This document shows, one piece after another, positions 35,134 through 48,330 of a DNA stretch of 64,000 nt (position 1 is the stretch's first letter; the number at the start of each line of letters is the position of its first letter). The DNA is taken from positions 682,001 to 746,000 of the forward strand of contig CM068775.1 in assembly GCA_035084275.1 (NCBI GenBank), given 5' to 3'. Origin of the DNA: Hydrolagus colliei. Its lineage: Eukaryota. The position numbers were made by a program, and so were the translations under genes. The notes beneath the pieces are model-generated. The model worked only from the letters and a program-made list of their open reading frames with translations, was not told the DNA's origin and ran no database searches.

Positions 35134-37425
35134 GTAACATCCTGTCCATGTGGCTGCATGTTCTACCTGAACTAATCCACGTTGAAGGCGAGCAGTCAGA
35201 CTTTGGGGAAATGAAGATGTAGCAAATGTAACTTGTCTTTTTACCAAGTTCCACACCGAACCTCCAAATGACAACTGATTAGTGACGAGACACATAAGAA
35301 CATATGAATTAGGAGCAGCAGTAGGCCATTCGGCCCTTCAAGCTTGCTCCGCCATTCAACAAGATCATGGCTGATCTTCTAATCTAACTCCACCTACCTG
35401 CCTTATCCCCATATCCCTTAATCCTTTTGTCCATAAGTGGACACAAAGTAAGGTTATCAAAAGAGGAAACAAGCTGTAATTTAGAGGAGACACCTTACAA
35501 ACAGTGTTGTAGTGTGGAATGCCTGGCTCTTCCAACAGTAGTGTTTACTGAGAATTAGACAAACATGGGACAAAAATATTTAAGCTTTTGAGAAAATGCA
35601 GGTTAATTGCATTATAGAGCTCCAGCAGGGAGCACGCAATAGCACAGACCCGATGGGGAAGAGAGCAGTAAATGGGGTTAGATTAGAGAGCTGCAAAGTG
35701 GAGCAAGCAGCAGCACAGACAGGACTCAAAGCTCTGTAGCATCATGGGGATGGATGTAAAGCAAGGCACCAGGGAGATTACCACAGAATCAGTCAAACAC
35801 GTGTGTCTTTAGAATTGAGTGTGTCTTAGAATTGAAAGATGTGCAAAGAGTGAGCAAGGCAGAGGGGCTGAGATAGGGATTTGCAGAAGTTAGGAATGTA
35901 GTGGCTAAAAGTACCATCACAGACACAATGGTGAACGAGCAGAATAAAGTGATAATGGAGCTGAGGTGGGGGGGAGTGAGCACCAGCACAGACACGAGGG
36001 AGCAAATGATTTTCCACTTAGGCTGTCAATGTGTCTCAGATACCCTGAGCGGGCAGCTCAGCTGGAGATCATGTGAATGTTTCTGCTTCAGGGATGTCAC
36101 CAGTGAATTAAGCTGTGACCTGGGAGAATAGAAAAGTGATTCTGCACGTTTCCTGCTACAATGGCTCTCGCCAGCCACAAACCCAGAATAAATATAGTTT
36201 CTAGCCCTCATGGGCTCGCTGTTTACCTGACACCACTGTGGGCAGAGTGGATCTGGACGCACCTGCGCATGAACAGTGCAAGCAACAAATGGGCTACACT
36301 CTGAGATCCATTGTGATTGTCTGTGTGTTTGTCTCTCTGTGAGTGTGTCTGTATCTCTTCTATATGTATATGTTTGTTGGAGTGTCTCTGTGTGAATATG
36401 TGTCTGCCTGTCTGTATGTGATATTTCTTTGTGTTTATGAGTGGGTGGGTGTCACCATCGGTCACCTCAAATCCCCTCCTCCTTTCCCTCCCCCGTTCCC
36501 ATCCCCAAATCCAGCTCAGGAATGAAACATTGGCTGTCCAACACCTTTGGTCATCCTCGTGATGTGAAGGCACTAGACAAGTGTAAATGTGTTGTTGGAG
36601 TGTGAGTGTGTGCCTTTCCAGGTGAGAATGTCTCTGTGTTTCTGAGTGGATGTGTGTCTCTTTCTGAGAGTATGTTCCTATTTGGTGTGTCTGTGTGTCT
36701 CTCTATGTCTGTGTGTGGTGCTGATCCTGAGAAGGAGGAGGAGGAGGTGGTGAGCTGCTGTAGCCTGTCTGATATCATCCCCACCCCTGCCCCCACTCAC
36801 AATCCCATAGGAAAAAAAGGAACCAAGTTTTTGTTGAAGATACAAGTAATAGTTTTTTTGCAACAATCTATTTCCTTCTGTTTGTTTCAATAAAGCTTTT
36901 TTTAAATAAGTAATAATTCTAATAACTTGTATTGTTACAGCAACTTATCACATCTCAAAGGGCTTCACACAACATACTAAGAAATGAATTGTCTATTTTA
37001 TAATAATCTTTGCAATTGATATAGCACTTTTCTCATCATTCAGATGACCACAACAACAACAAAATCACATTGATACTCACATCTGTAAGTGTCTTAAGAC
37101 ATCTCAAAGACCTTCACGGAATATACTGTAAAGTGAATTGTCTGTATATTTGTGGTTGAGGGGTGGCAGTGAATTGCATACATCAGTGATCCACAAACAG
37201 TTGTGTATTGAAGTGACCAATTTATTATGTTTTTCTTGAGGGATTAATATCAGGTATGTGGAGTAAGGAAACTTACCCATGGCTTTGCCCTGCTGGGAAT
37301 TAAACCCAGGTCTCTAGCTTGCAAGACAAGTGCTCTAACCACTGAACTACTGGACTCTATGCTGAAGATATTCAACTATAAAGCGGTTGAAAAGGGACCT
37401 GGCCTAATTGGATTAGGAACCAAGA

Positions 37426-38780
37426 TTGGTTCCTAATCCAAGGGACAAGGTAGATCTTCACTTAGAAAGATATAGGCTAATAAAGGACAGTCAACATGGA
37501 TTTGTTAAAGGCAAATCTTGCCTTACAAATCTGATAGAATTTTTTGATGAGGTAACGGAATGGGTGGATAATGGTAGCGCAGTTGATGTAGTTTACATGG
37601 ACTTTCAAAAGGCATTTGACAAAGTGCCACATGAGAGACTTATTATGAAATTAAAGGCCCATGGCGTAAAAGGGACAGTGGCAGTGTGGATCCACAACTG
37701 GCTGCGAGACAGAAAGCAGAGAGTTGTAGTGAGCGGCTGTTTTTCAGATTGGAGGGAAGTGAGCAGTGGTGTGCCACAGGGATCAGTTGTGGGACCATTG
37801 CTGTTTGTAATCTACATCAATGATCTGGACTTGGGTGTACGGAGTACAGTTTCCAAGTTTGCAGATGACACTAAGTTAGGGAGAATAGTAAATAATGAGG
37901 AGGATAGTAGCCATCTGCAAGAGGATATAGACAAATTGGTAAAGTGGGCAGACACATGGTAGATGAAGTTTAATGCAGAGAAGTGTGAGGTGATGCATTT
38001 TGGGAGAAGAAATGAAGGGAGGCAATATAGGCTAGATAGTACAATGTTAAATGGTGTGAAGGAACAGAGAGACCTGGGGATTTGTGTTAGTGACTCGTTG
38101 AAGGTGGCAGGACAGGAAGACAAGGCTGTTAAGAAGGCATATGGGATACTAGGCTTTATAAATAGTGGTATAGAGTACAAAAGTCAGGAAGTGCTGACTA
38201 ACCTCTATAGGACTTTGGTGAGGCCTCAGCTAGAATACTGTGTTCAATTCTGGTCACCACACTACAGAAAGGATGTGAAGGCATTGGAAAGGGTGCAGCG
38301 AAGATTTACTAGGATGGTGCCAGGATTGAGGGACTTCAGCTATGAGGAGAGGCTAGATAGGCTAGGGTTATTCTCTCTGGAGCAGAGAAGATTGAGGGGA
38401 GACCTAATAGAGGTTTATAAGATCATGAGGGGTTTCGACAGGGCAAATAGAGAAAAACTATTTCCACTCGTGGGTGAATCTGTGACTCGTGGTCACAGAT
38501 TTAAAATAGTTTCAAGGCGAAGTAGAGGGGAGCTGAGGAGAAATTTTTTCACTCAGCGAGTTGTTCGAATCTGGAATGCATTGCCTGAAAAGGTGGTGGA
38601 GGCTGATTCAATAACAACTTTTAAAAGGGAATTAGATCTTTATTTAGGGAGAACAGGTCTATTAGGCTATGGGGAGCGGGCAGGGAAGTGGGATTGAATC
38701 GCTCTTTTCAAAGAGCCGGCACAGACTAGATGTGCCGAATGGCCTCCTTTTGTGCCGTAAAATTCTATGAATCTATGAAT
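37426..38780 (+). mobile_element. 5'-truncated CR1 LINE, relatively young (RT split by a single TAG at 37960)
   Basis: QHGFVKGKSCLTNL, YMDFQKAFDKVPH, GVPQGSVVGP, FADDTKL; 3' UTR and (attctatg)n-type tail. Confidence 0.95.
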
Positions 38781-38989
38781 TGACAAGAAAATGGTAAATG
38801 AGCAATCGGGGCCTTTAAGCGGGAGATAGTAATTGTGCAGGTCAAACAATTCCCATGAGGGGGAATAGTAGGGCATCCAATGTAGGTGGTCCCCGGATCA
38901 CGACGGAAATTGGGATTAAGATGAAAGGTTTACAATCAATGCAGGATGAAAATACATTAGAGAATCAAACAGGATATAGAAGTGCAGAG

Positions 38990-40110
38990 GTAAATTGCAA
39001 AAGGATGAACAAGCAACACAATTGCATTTATAGAGCTCCTTTCAAGTCGGGAGGACGTCCAAAAGCGCTGAACAGTCAGGTCGGGACTCGAGCTGGTTGT
39101 GGGGGGGGGGGGGGAGTTGGGGTAAGGGTTAAGGGGAAGGGGACGGAGTGTGGGAGAGGGGAAGAGCTAGTGGGGCAGCAGAAGGCACGGTCAAAGAGGA
39201 AGGTCTTGAGACTGGCCTTGAAGGAGGAAAGGGATGAAGTAAAGTGGAGGGGCTGCGGGCTGGAGTTCACAGTGTGGAAGAGAGGTTGGATGGTTGGGCG
39301 GTTAGGGCGGTGAACGTGGTGCAGGCCTGAGTCTGTTGAATGGAAGGGTCAGGCAGGTTTGTAGGGAGACAATAAGTCAGAGAGATAGGCGGCAGCAAGG
39401 CTGGGAATGCCCTTGAAAGTGAGGCCAAGGATCTTGAATTCGATCCTTTGGGGGATGGGGAGCCAGTGGAGACGGGCAAGGGTGGGAGTGATGTGGTCGT
39501 GAAGCTTGGTGCGGGAGAGTAAATGAGCTGCAGAATTCTGAATGACCTGCAGCCTGTGAAGGGAGGAACTGGGGAGGTCGATGAGGAGAGAGTTCCGTAG
39601 TCGAACCTGGAAGTGATAAAGGCATAGATGAGATTTTTGGCAGCGTGAGGGGTGAGGTAGTGGCAGAGTCTGGCAATATTACAGTGGTGATGGAAGGCTG
39701 TGCTGGTCATGGAGCAGATGTGGGGTTTGGGGTCGAATAAGATGCCCAGATTCCTGATTGGCTTTGAGAGGTGGAGAGAGCAGCCTTGCACGCTGATGTT
39801 GTCAGTGCCTGAGGTGCAGAGGCGTTGACGTGAGCCAATCAGGAGGGCTTCCATCTTGTTGACATTGAGTTGTAGGAAATTTGCCTTCATCCAGAACTCA
39901 ATGTTGGACAGTCAGAATGACAGTGGTCCTGGAATCGAGGATTGACGTGGATGGGTAGGGTTGGGTTTCATCCGCGTAGATGTGGAAATGTACCCCATGT
40001 CTATGGATGATATTGCCCAGGGGGAGAGTGTAGAGAGTGAAGTGCAGGGGGCCAAGGGCAGATCCCTGGGGAACGCTGCACGTGACTGTGTGGGGGCTGG
40101 AGGAGAAGCC
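38990..40110 (-). mobile_element. L2 LINE 3' fragment
   Basis: NFLQLNVNKMEALLIG; tail caattgcatttatagagc on the plus strand. Confidence 0.85.
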
Positions 40111-40560
40111 ATTGGAGGAGAATAAGTGTGGATGTGAAACGATTAGTGGGTGACATAAACAGGAATACTAGAGTCTTCTATCAGCACATATGTAGTAAAC
40201 ATATGGTCAAAGCAAGGGTGGGACCAAAAAGGAAAACTTGTTGTGGACACAGAGGGAATGGCTGTGGTAGTGAATGAGTACTGTACCTTCTGTCCTCACA
40301 AAAGAAGATACCGCCACTGTCACAGTAAAGGAGGAAATAGAGAAATTGAATGTGATAAAAATAGAGAGGAGCTACTTAGGAGGTTAGCAGCACACAGAGT
40401 AGAAAAGTCACCTGATCCCGTGGAAGTCTTCCTCAGTTTCTGAGGGACGTTAGAATGGAAATTACAGTGGATTTGGCCACAATCTTTCAATCTTCCTTGT
40501 AAATGAGAGTATTGCCTGAGGTTTGAGAGGTACCAATTCTTACATCCCATACAGGACCGA

Positions 40561-40850
40561 GTGCTGTAGCTCAGTGGTTAGAGCACTCGCCTTATAAGCA
40601 AGAGACCTGGGTACAATTCCAAGCAGGGTGAAACCTTGGGCAAATTTCCTTACTCCATATTTCTGAAAATAATCCCTAACAAATATATAGTTATTTTTTC
40701 ACTTCAACCGACAACTCTTTGTGGGACACTGCTATGCATAATTGGCTGCTACAAATCGCCCACAAATGTACAGTCAATTCACTTTACAGTATCATCAGTA
40801 TCACTTTAAGACATCTAGAAAATGTGAAAAGCACTGTATCAAATCCATGG
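40561..40850 (+). mobile_element. tRNA-derived SINE with L2-like tail (representative; related copies at ~19465, 22720, 37040-37360[-], 46225, 54905-55230, 56530-56840[-], 63545-63860[-])
   Basis: A-box TAGCTCAGTGG and B-box-like GGT(A/T)CAATTCC; body gtgggac..gctgtgc..attggctgc resembles DeuSINE/SacSINE1-type 3' regions (from memory); tail gtgaaaagcgctat. Confidence 0.75.
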
Positions 40851-42559
40851 ATTACTATTTTAGAAGCGTACAGAAATAAACCAGTTAACTACAGGCCCGT
40901 CAGCCAGTGTAGCCATGGGTATACATCAGTGGTGGGGAAATATTTGGAGACCATAATCCTAGACAAAATAAATTTTAATTTAGAAACATTTAACTTGATT
41001 AATGACAGTGAACAGAGATTTGTTAAAATTGAATTGTGTGTGACAAACCCAATTGAGTTTTTAATTATTTAATGGATAGCGTTGATAAAGTTAATGGAGG
41101 TGATATTGTGTTTAAGTTACTGCATAATAGACGAGTCAGTAAAATTGAAGCCTATGTTATAAACGGGACAGTGTTAACATGGATACAAAATTGGCTGGGA
41201 GACAGAAAGCAGAGGGTAGTGATGGTGATTTTTTTTAGCCTCAACCAAAGTGTTCAGTATTGCGTCCACTCTATTGGGTATAGGGAGAGCAAAATTTTAA
41301 AGCAGATGACAAAATGTGGGAATGTGGCAAACTGTGAGGAGATTGGTGGTGGACTGCAAACTGGTAAAATGGGCAGATACGTGGCAGGTGAATTTTAATG
41401 CAGGGAAATGTGAGATGTTGCTTTTTGAGCGGTAGAAAGAGGAGCGGCAATGTATAATAAATGTTATAGTTGTAACTGGGATACAGGAGCAGAGAGACCT
41501 GGGGGTGCATACACAGATACGATCAGGAGAGATTGATCGAGCTATTAATTAATAAAGCATATGGGATCCTTGGCTTTCTAAATAGAAGCATACAGTCCAA
41601 ACCAAGGAGGTTCCGCTATCCCTACCAAGTCATTGGTTAGGCTTCAGCTGTTGTATTGTTTCCAATTCTGGGCAGCACAGTTTAGGAAGGATATTAAGGC
41701 ATTGGATGGGGAGCAGAGGATATTACCAGAATGGTACCAGGGTTGATTATTTATGTGGAGACTCGAGAAATTGCGATTTTTCTCATTGGAGCAGAGCTGG
41801 TTAAGCGGAGATTTCATAGCAGTGTTCAAAAATTATGAGGGCTTTTAGTAGAGTAGAAACTGTTACTACAGGGGGTTGGGTTAGCAACCAGGGCACATAA
41901 ATTTAAGTTAATTGTCAAAAGAACCATAGTAGATGAGGAGAAATGTATTTATACAGAGAGTTGTTACAAAAACAAACAAAACTTACGTTTATATAGCGCC
42001 TTTCATGTTGAGTGAAATACACTGCTTGAAAGTGTGAGGAAACAGATTCAACAATTACTTTCAAAAGGGAATTAGATTTGTAACATTCTGTAATTAATGT
42101 GTTAAATAATATGTCAAATATATATGTATACATTGGAGACGTGATCAATCACAAATGATGGGAGCTGATTGTGAGTAGCTTCGCAGACGAAACAAAAGCC
42201 TTTGTTTTCAGTCCTGATCAGTAATTTTTTCATGGAATTTGGTCTGCAGATGTTGAGGGTGTTGTGTTGTATTTTATTTTTACACAGGAACCATCTTGCA
42301 AAAGACAACAGATGCAATACATGCTCTTTCACCTCTTCCCAGACCACTATCCAAGGCTCTTAGCACAGTCTTTATGTGAGATAGTGATTTACGTGTACTG
42401 CAACAAATGTAATATGTTGTTTCAGCAACAAGAATAAAATTACATTTGTATAACAATATAACCAGAGATCGGTTTGAAAAAGACGGGAGAAAGGAAGAAA
42501 TTGGAACTTGAAGTCGCAAACCACATTCCAACTTCTAAAGGAAGATCAAGACTAAGTTC

Positions 42560-43070
42560 AACAACAACAACAACATCTTTGATTTATATAGTGACTTCCA
42601 CACAGGACGGCGTCTCAGAGCACTTCACAATCACAGATCTCGGGGGCGAGCCATGGGCAGGGGGAGAAAGGTCACTGAAAGTGCATTCAAAGAGAAAGGT
42701 CTTAAGCTGAGACCTTAAACTGGGAAGAGGTGAAGTGAGTGAGGAAGGAAGTTCCAGAGCCTCAGGGCATAGTGGCTGAAGGCACGGTAGCCGATGGTGA
42801 AGCGAAGGATTCGAGGGACAAGGACGAGGCCAGATGTGGTGGAACAATGGCAATAGGTGCTGGTTTGAGGAGAGAGGAGGTCGGATAGGTAGCAGTTGAA
42901 GAGGAGTGGAGGGATTTAAAAACAAGAGTGAGGATCTTAAAATCAATCTTCTCTGGGACAGTATCCAATGAAGTCTGTCAAGGATTGGGGTAATGGGGGA
43001 GCAAAGTTTGTTGCAGGTGAGAATGCAGGTGACAGAGTTTTAAATGAGTTGGATTTGATGAATTGGAAGT
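42560..43070 (-). mobile_element. L2 3' fragment (subfamily shared with 23640-24235 and 58848-59527)
   Basis: IDFKILTLVFKSLHSS; tail caacaacaac..gatttatatag. Confidence 0.8.
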
Positions 43071-43665
43071 TGTGATAACGCCACCTAGTGACCAGTGTAA
43101 AAAATATAAATAAACCACATGATGTGTGCAGTCGTTTTCCAGAACAACAGAGCATGAATGTGTGTGATACTTGTACTCCCAGAGATATCACAAATTGGTG
43201 ATAAGGATGGGGATAATGCATTCCCTAGCTATTTCTGTTTGTTGGACAAGGACTCTGCAAAGTGCGGAGAGGTGTGTGAAGACTTTTCATTTTGATTGAG
43301 AGCTACAAATCCAGTAAAGTTTGCTTTCACATGTGGTGGAACTGATACTAAAAGAAATCCAAAAATGATGACCCCCATAGCATACATCGGATGATTGGGT
43401 GAGTTTCAACAAAGCCAGGAAACGTTTAGTGTTTACATTGAGCGGTTGTAGATGTTCTTTGCTGCCAATAATATTGTTGAAATTGAAGCTTCTGAAGATA
43501 ACGCTGCAAGTGTAAATACAGCAGTGCAAGAAAGAATGAGAGCAATCTTTCTGACAGAAGTGGGTCCCGATGTGTATGAAACAGTGAAGAATTTGTTAAC
43601 CCCAGCTAAGTCTAAGGACACACCATTGAGGGACATCCTTGAAAAGCTTGCAGAACACATCTTCC
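43071..43665 (+). mobile_element. Gypsy remnant: candidate LTR (43071-43331) and gag N-terminus
   Basis: TGTGA..TCACA ends; YIERL*MFFAANNI..RAIFLTEVGPDVYETVKNLLTPAK. Confidence 0.65.
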
Positions 43666-44070
43666 CTATTGGGTTTGATTTCTGATGCTAAGGGTAACTT
43701 CGACATTGCATCCGTATTACCATGGTCTGCTGACCTATGATATTGTATGTCATACTGGTATGTTGACAAGATCAATGACCATCTTTGCATTCTGGCTGCT
43801 GCTCGAGTAGGTATCTGTGATTTTGGATTTAGGATGGCTGTCAAAGGTTTATGGTCAGTTTAAATGATGAACTTGCGACCATAACAGTATTTGTGGAATC
43901 TCCTAACTCCAAAAATCAATGCCAAAGCTTCTCTCTCTATTTGGGCGTAGTTATTCTCACTACTACTCAAAGTTCTAGAAGTGAAAGCTGTTGGTCTCTC
44001 TTCCCCTGTTTCTAACACATGAGAGATAACCGCACCAACCCCTTATGGGGGGGCGTCACATGCTAGGCTT
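43666..44070 (-). mobile_element. Gypsy pol RNase H fragment in the opposite orientation
   Basis: LACDAPP*GVGAVISH..FTSRTLSSSENNYAQIEREALALIFGVRRFH..TDHKPLTAIL..MQRWSLILSTYQYDIQY. Confidence 0.85.
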
Positions 44071-45559
44071 GATTGTCTTTGTGACACCATAGTGTACCAG
44101 CATTGTACCATCTACCAGCTGTTTTTTACACAACTTGAAAGTCTGGTCAGAACATGATGTCTCTAGGCTGACACTTCAGGGCAGCTCAGTGGGGGGATTG
44201 TGATGTCAGACTCCGACGACGGGTTTGTGGACAAACCTTGTCTTTTTCCCCTTTAGTGAAGATGGGAGAGAGGGAGAAACAGGACCTGCAGACCTGTCAT
44301 CTCAACTACGATTATACGAAAATACTGGAATAAGTCATCACGAGGAGTTCAGGATTTTAACACTGTATCTGTGGACATATACATTGACTGATCAGTACAA
44401 AAAGGAGTCAAGAAGACTAGTCTATATAATCTAGAAGATGTGAAATTCTCTATATCAAATACAAGGATAATTATTATCACGGACACAATGACTCAGCATT
44501 GTGTTTGTCAAAGTGTCAGCATGGGTTTGTGAAGATAGGTCATATCTGACTAATCCAATCAGAGTTTTTTTTGTGAGATCACGAAAATAATAGATAAGAG
44601 AGTGTCTATGGATGCTGTTTATATGGACTTTCAGAAGGCATTTGATAAGGATCCATATAAAACTATCATAGATGTTTTGACAAGCTAGTTACAAACACTA
44701 TTTCCTCTGGTGGGGAAATCTAGAACAAGGTGGCATCAGCTTATAATGAGGGCTGGGCCATTTAGAAATGAAATTAGGAGGCAGTTTATCAACCAACGTT
44801 CAGTGGAAAGCTGGAACTCACTCCTCCGAAATGCTGTGGATCTGTTCACAACATCCAGGCTATGGTGCATCAAAGTATTGAGGGATATTGGCAAGGGTGG
44901 GGGTGTGGGGTTAATTAGATGTGAGGTACAGTTCAGCCACAATCTGAAAGATTGTAGGGGATGATTACTGTTTCTGTATTTTTATTCTAAAGCCAGAATG
45001 GTTTAAATACATTTGTTTGACGAGGGAGGGCTTGTGTGCCATGCAGCTTTGAGATATCCTTGGTGTTGTGTGAAGTCCTCCTGACATGAAAGGCACTACA
45101 CAAATGTAATGTGTTAGTGTTGCTGTCAATTTGAAAGGCTAGAAAAATGTCAGTAGATTTTCTCCAGTGTGAGCGACATGGTAACGGGGTATTGTGATGG
45201 CAGAGCTGTCTATTGGCTGTTGGTATTGTGGTTGGGGGTCAGACCATGATGTCTCGAGGCTGACACGCCAGGGCAGCTCAGGGGGGAGATTGTGATGTCA
45301 GACCCCGATGACGGGTTTGAGGTCAAATGTCTGATTATCTGTTGGGGCTGAAGAGAGGGTGGCATCAGGAGGTAACAGCAGTGACTGTGTACAACATCAA
45401 GAATAGAAGAAACAGGAGGCAGGAAGGATTATCATCATTATTATTGTAATCTCTCTTCAGCCTTAGAAACATGCAGGCCGGAGACAAACCAATAATTCAC
45501 ATCCTTGCCCACCTTCATGGCAGTCATTAAACAAGTATTTTTCTACAGTCTTCATTGTA

Positions 45560-46085
45560 GAAGACACTGGAAGATACCAAAAGTAGAGGGGAATCAAGAA
45601 GACAATGATAGGAAGCAACTTAGGGAGATTAATATTAGTAAAGAGATGGTTCTAGGTAAATTGTCAGGTCTCAAAACTGATAAATCCCCTGGACCGGATG
45701 GTCTGCATCCTAGAGTTTTAAAGGAGGTGGCTACTGAGATCGTGGATGGCATGTCTATAATCTTCCAAATTTCTGTGGATACTAGAAAAGTCCCCATTGA
45801 TTGGAAGATTGCAAATGTAACTCCACTATTTAAGAAGGGTGGGAGAGAAAATATGGGAAACTATAGACCAGTTAGTCTGACGTCAGTTGTAGGGAAAATT
45901 AATGAGTCCTTAATAAAAGACGTAGTTATGGGATACCGTGAAGACCATAAAAAGATTAGGCAAAGTCAACATGGCTTTACAAAAGGGAAGTCATGCTTGA
46001 CTAATCTTTAAGAATGTTTTGAGGATGTATCCAGCAGGTTGGATAAGGGGGAGCCAGTAGATGTGGTATATTTGGATTTTAGGAA
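45560..46085 (+). mobile_element. CR1 RT N-terminal fragment
   Basis: KSPGPDGLHPRVLKE, WKIANVTPLFKKG, NYRPVSLTS, QHGFTKGKSCLTNL. Confidence 0.9.
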
Positions 46086-46526
46086 GGCTATGGATTCCTA
46101 TTGTTTATAACTATGAGGCCAAGATAGTATTGGGAAAGAGCAAGGCAGAGTTCAATAAATGTTATGTTTTTTCAGATATTCAATTTAAAAAAATAATTTG
46201 CCTCAAATATTTCATATTGTGCAGTCAGGTAGCTCAGTGTTTAGACCACTCACCGAGTAAGCCAGTGACCTAGGTTCGATTCCCAGCAGGATGAAACATT
46301 TTACAAGTTTCCTTGTACCACACACCTCTGTTTACCTAGCAATGTGCAATTATCATGTGAAAAAACTATTGTTTATTCACTGGTCTGGAACTAATTGCAT
46401 TAATTGCATTCACTATTCAAGTTGTACTTAGCATTCGCTATAAGTACAAATTTATTTCACTGTGAGCTCAGTGAGTTCATTGAAGCCTCCACTTTAGCAG
46501 GAAAATACCAGAATGTAAATCAGGGC

Positions 46527-46596
46527 ATGGAATTTCCAACAGTGTACGCTATAGCAGCTATTTACTACCCCATTCTGGTAGCATTTTGAATTCCGG
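46527..46596 (+). pseudogene. Paralogous GPR139-like exon 1 with premature TGA; no exon 2 found in the window
   Basis: MEFPTVYAIAAIYYPILVAF*IP G|GTAATT; TGA at 46587-46589 corresponds to GGA at 2-4. The intron is homologous to 12-~720. Confidence 0.8.
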
Positions 46597-48330
46597 GTAA
46601 TTCTATTTGTTTTCATGGTATGGCAATTGTGAAGAGACGAGTTCAATTGGTATTTTATATAGTGACTTATCATGTCTACTAGAAATCTAAAATCAGTTCA
46701 AGGAATATACTGTAAATTGAAATGTCTTTGTATTTGTGGGTGAAAGGCGACAGCTAATTGTGTGCTTCCGTATCCTACAAACTATCATGGATTTTAATGA
46801 TCAATTTTATTATATTTTATTGATTATTACCAGTGGTGGAGTAAGTAAATTTGCTGAATTCTTAATTGAGCCTTGATGTGATGAATGTGTGGAGTAAGGA
46901 AATTCGCTGAAGGTTAGCCCTCGCCTGGCAAGAATTGAACCAGCATGCATCGCTTGATGAATGCTCTAATCACTCAGTTATAGGACTCTGCTACAGAAAT
47001 GGGGAAAACCAGGGCTATGAATCTGAATGTACACCTTGATCTGAGACCTGGTGCAGTCTCAAAGAGCCAAAAAATCTCTGTTCTCTTGTAAATATATGTG
47101 ATTCCACAATAACTTTTCTGAATTCGAATATAACAGGATCAAAAATGGACACATAATTTGTGGCTTTTAGATGAGCTGGGTTATTCAGAGAAGGCACAGA
47201 TTAATTGTACTATCATATTATTGAGCCATTTTCTGGGATTACACCATTACAGCAACAACAAAATTACATTCATAGAGTGCCTTTCACATTGGGAGGATGC
47301 CCAAGCTGCTGAACAGTTAGGTCAGGACCTGAGCAAGGGAGAGGGAAAGGGTAGGGGGGATGGGCGGTAGAGAGTTAGGCGGGGTAGAGAGTGCAGCAGA
47401 AAGCATGATTGAAGAGCCTTGATACCAGCCTTGAAGAAAACAAGGGAGGAATCCAGGTGAAGGGAATGTGGGATGGAGTTCCAGTGGGGGAAGAGATGTT
47501 GAAATGGTACGGTGTGTCAGGTGAGTGACATGGCACAGACCAGGCCCCTGAACAGAGGGGTCTGCCAGTTTCATAAGTGGACAGCAGATTGGAGATATAG
47601 AGGCGGCAAGGACATGAATGGCCTTGAAAGTGAGAATGAGAATCGTGAATTTGATCCTCTGGGGATGGTGAGCCAGTAGAGACGGGCAAGGGTGGGAGAG
47701 ATGTGGTCACGGAGCTAGATGCAGGAGAGGACATGAAGTGCAGAGTTCTGAATGATCAGCAGATTGTGAAAGGAAGAACCAGAAAGGACGACGAGAAGAA
47801 TTCATAATTGAGCCTTGATGTGATGAATGTGTGGACAATGGTTTTGGCAATTTTGTGGTCGACTCCTTTGGCAAGGAAGGGCAGGTTTGAAATAGGGTGG
47901 TAGTGGTTTGAGTTTGAGGGAATTAAGGAAGGATTTTTGGAGGAGGGGGCGATGGCAGCAATGTTGAGTTGGGCAGGGATTGATCCAGTGGAGCCGGTAT
48001 ATACTGGTTGATGATGTCAATCAGCAGTGGGCAGAGCAGGTGGAGCCGGGCGACCAGTAAGTTGGTGGGAAGGAGATCAAGGCACCAGGTGGTGGACTTC
48101 ATTGAGGTGATGCTGCATGAGTAGAAGGAAGGAGAATCGGGAGAGAAGATATGCAGGCAGTGGGTCATGGTAGGAGCTGATTATGTGGTGGTTGAGGGGG
48201 ACGGAAAGGACGGAATGGTAGTGGTGGGTTACTAGAGGCAGGAGGATGAGGCTGCCTGGTCGATGTTGTGGAATTTGGAAGATAAGAGGTGTATGACCTC
48301 CTCACTTTGCATTTGAAGTGAAGATTGTGA

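Noticed and set aside
40561-40640. tRNA genes (also ~46225, ~54905 and others)
   Set aside because: The acceptor stem and cloverleaf are not conserved, and each head continues into a shared SINE body and L2-like tail.
42287-42440. Candidate terminal (cytoplasmic) exon of the IgSF receptor: acceptor ttttacacag| and AATAAA at ~42432
   Set aside because: No frame gives a convincing ITIM/ITAM or recognisable protein, and there is no evidence linking it to TM2.
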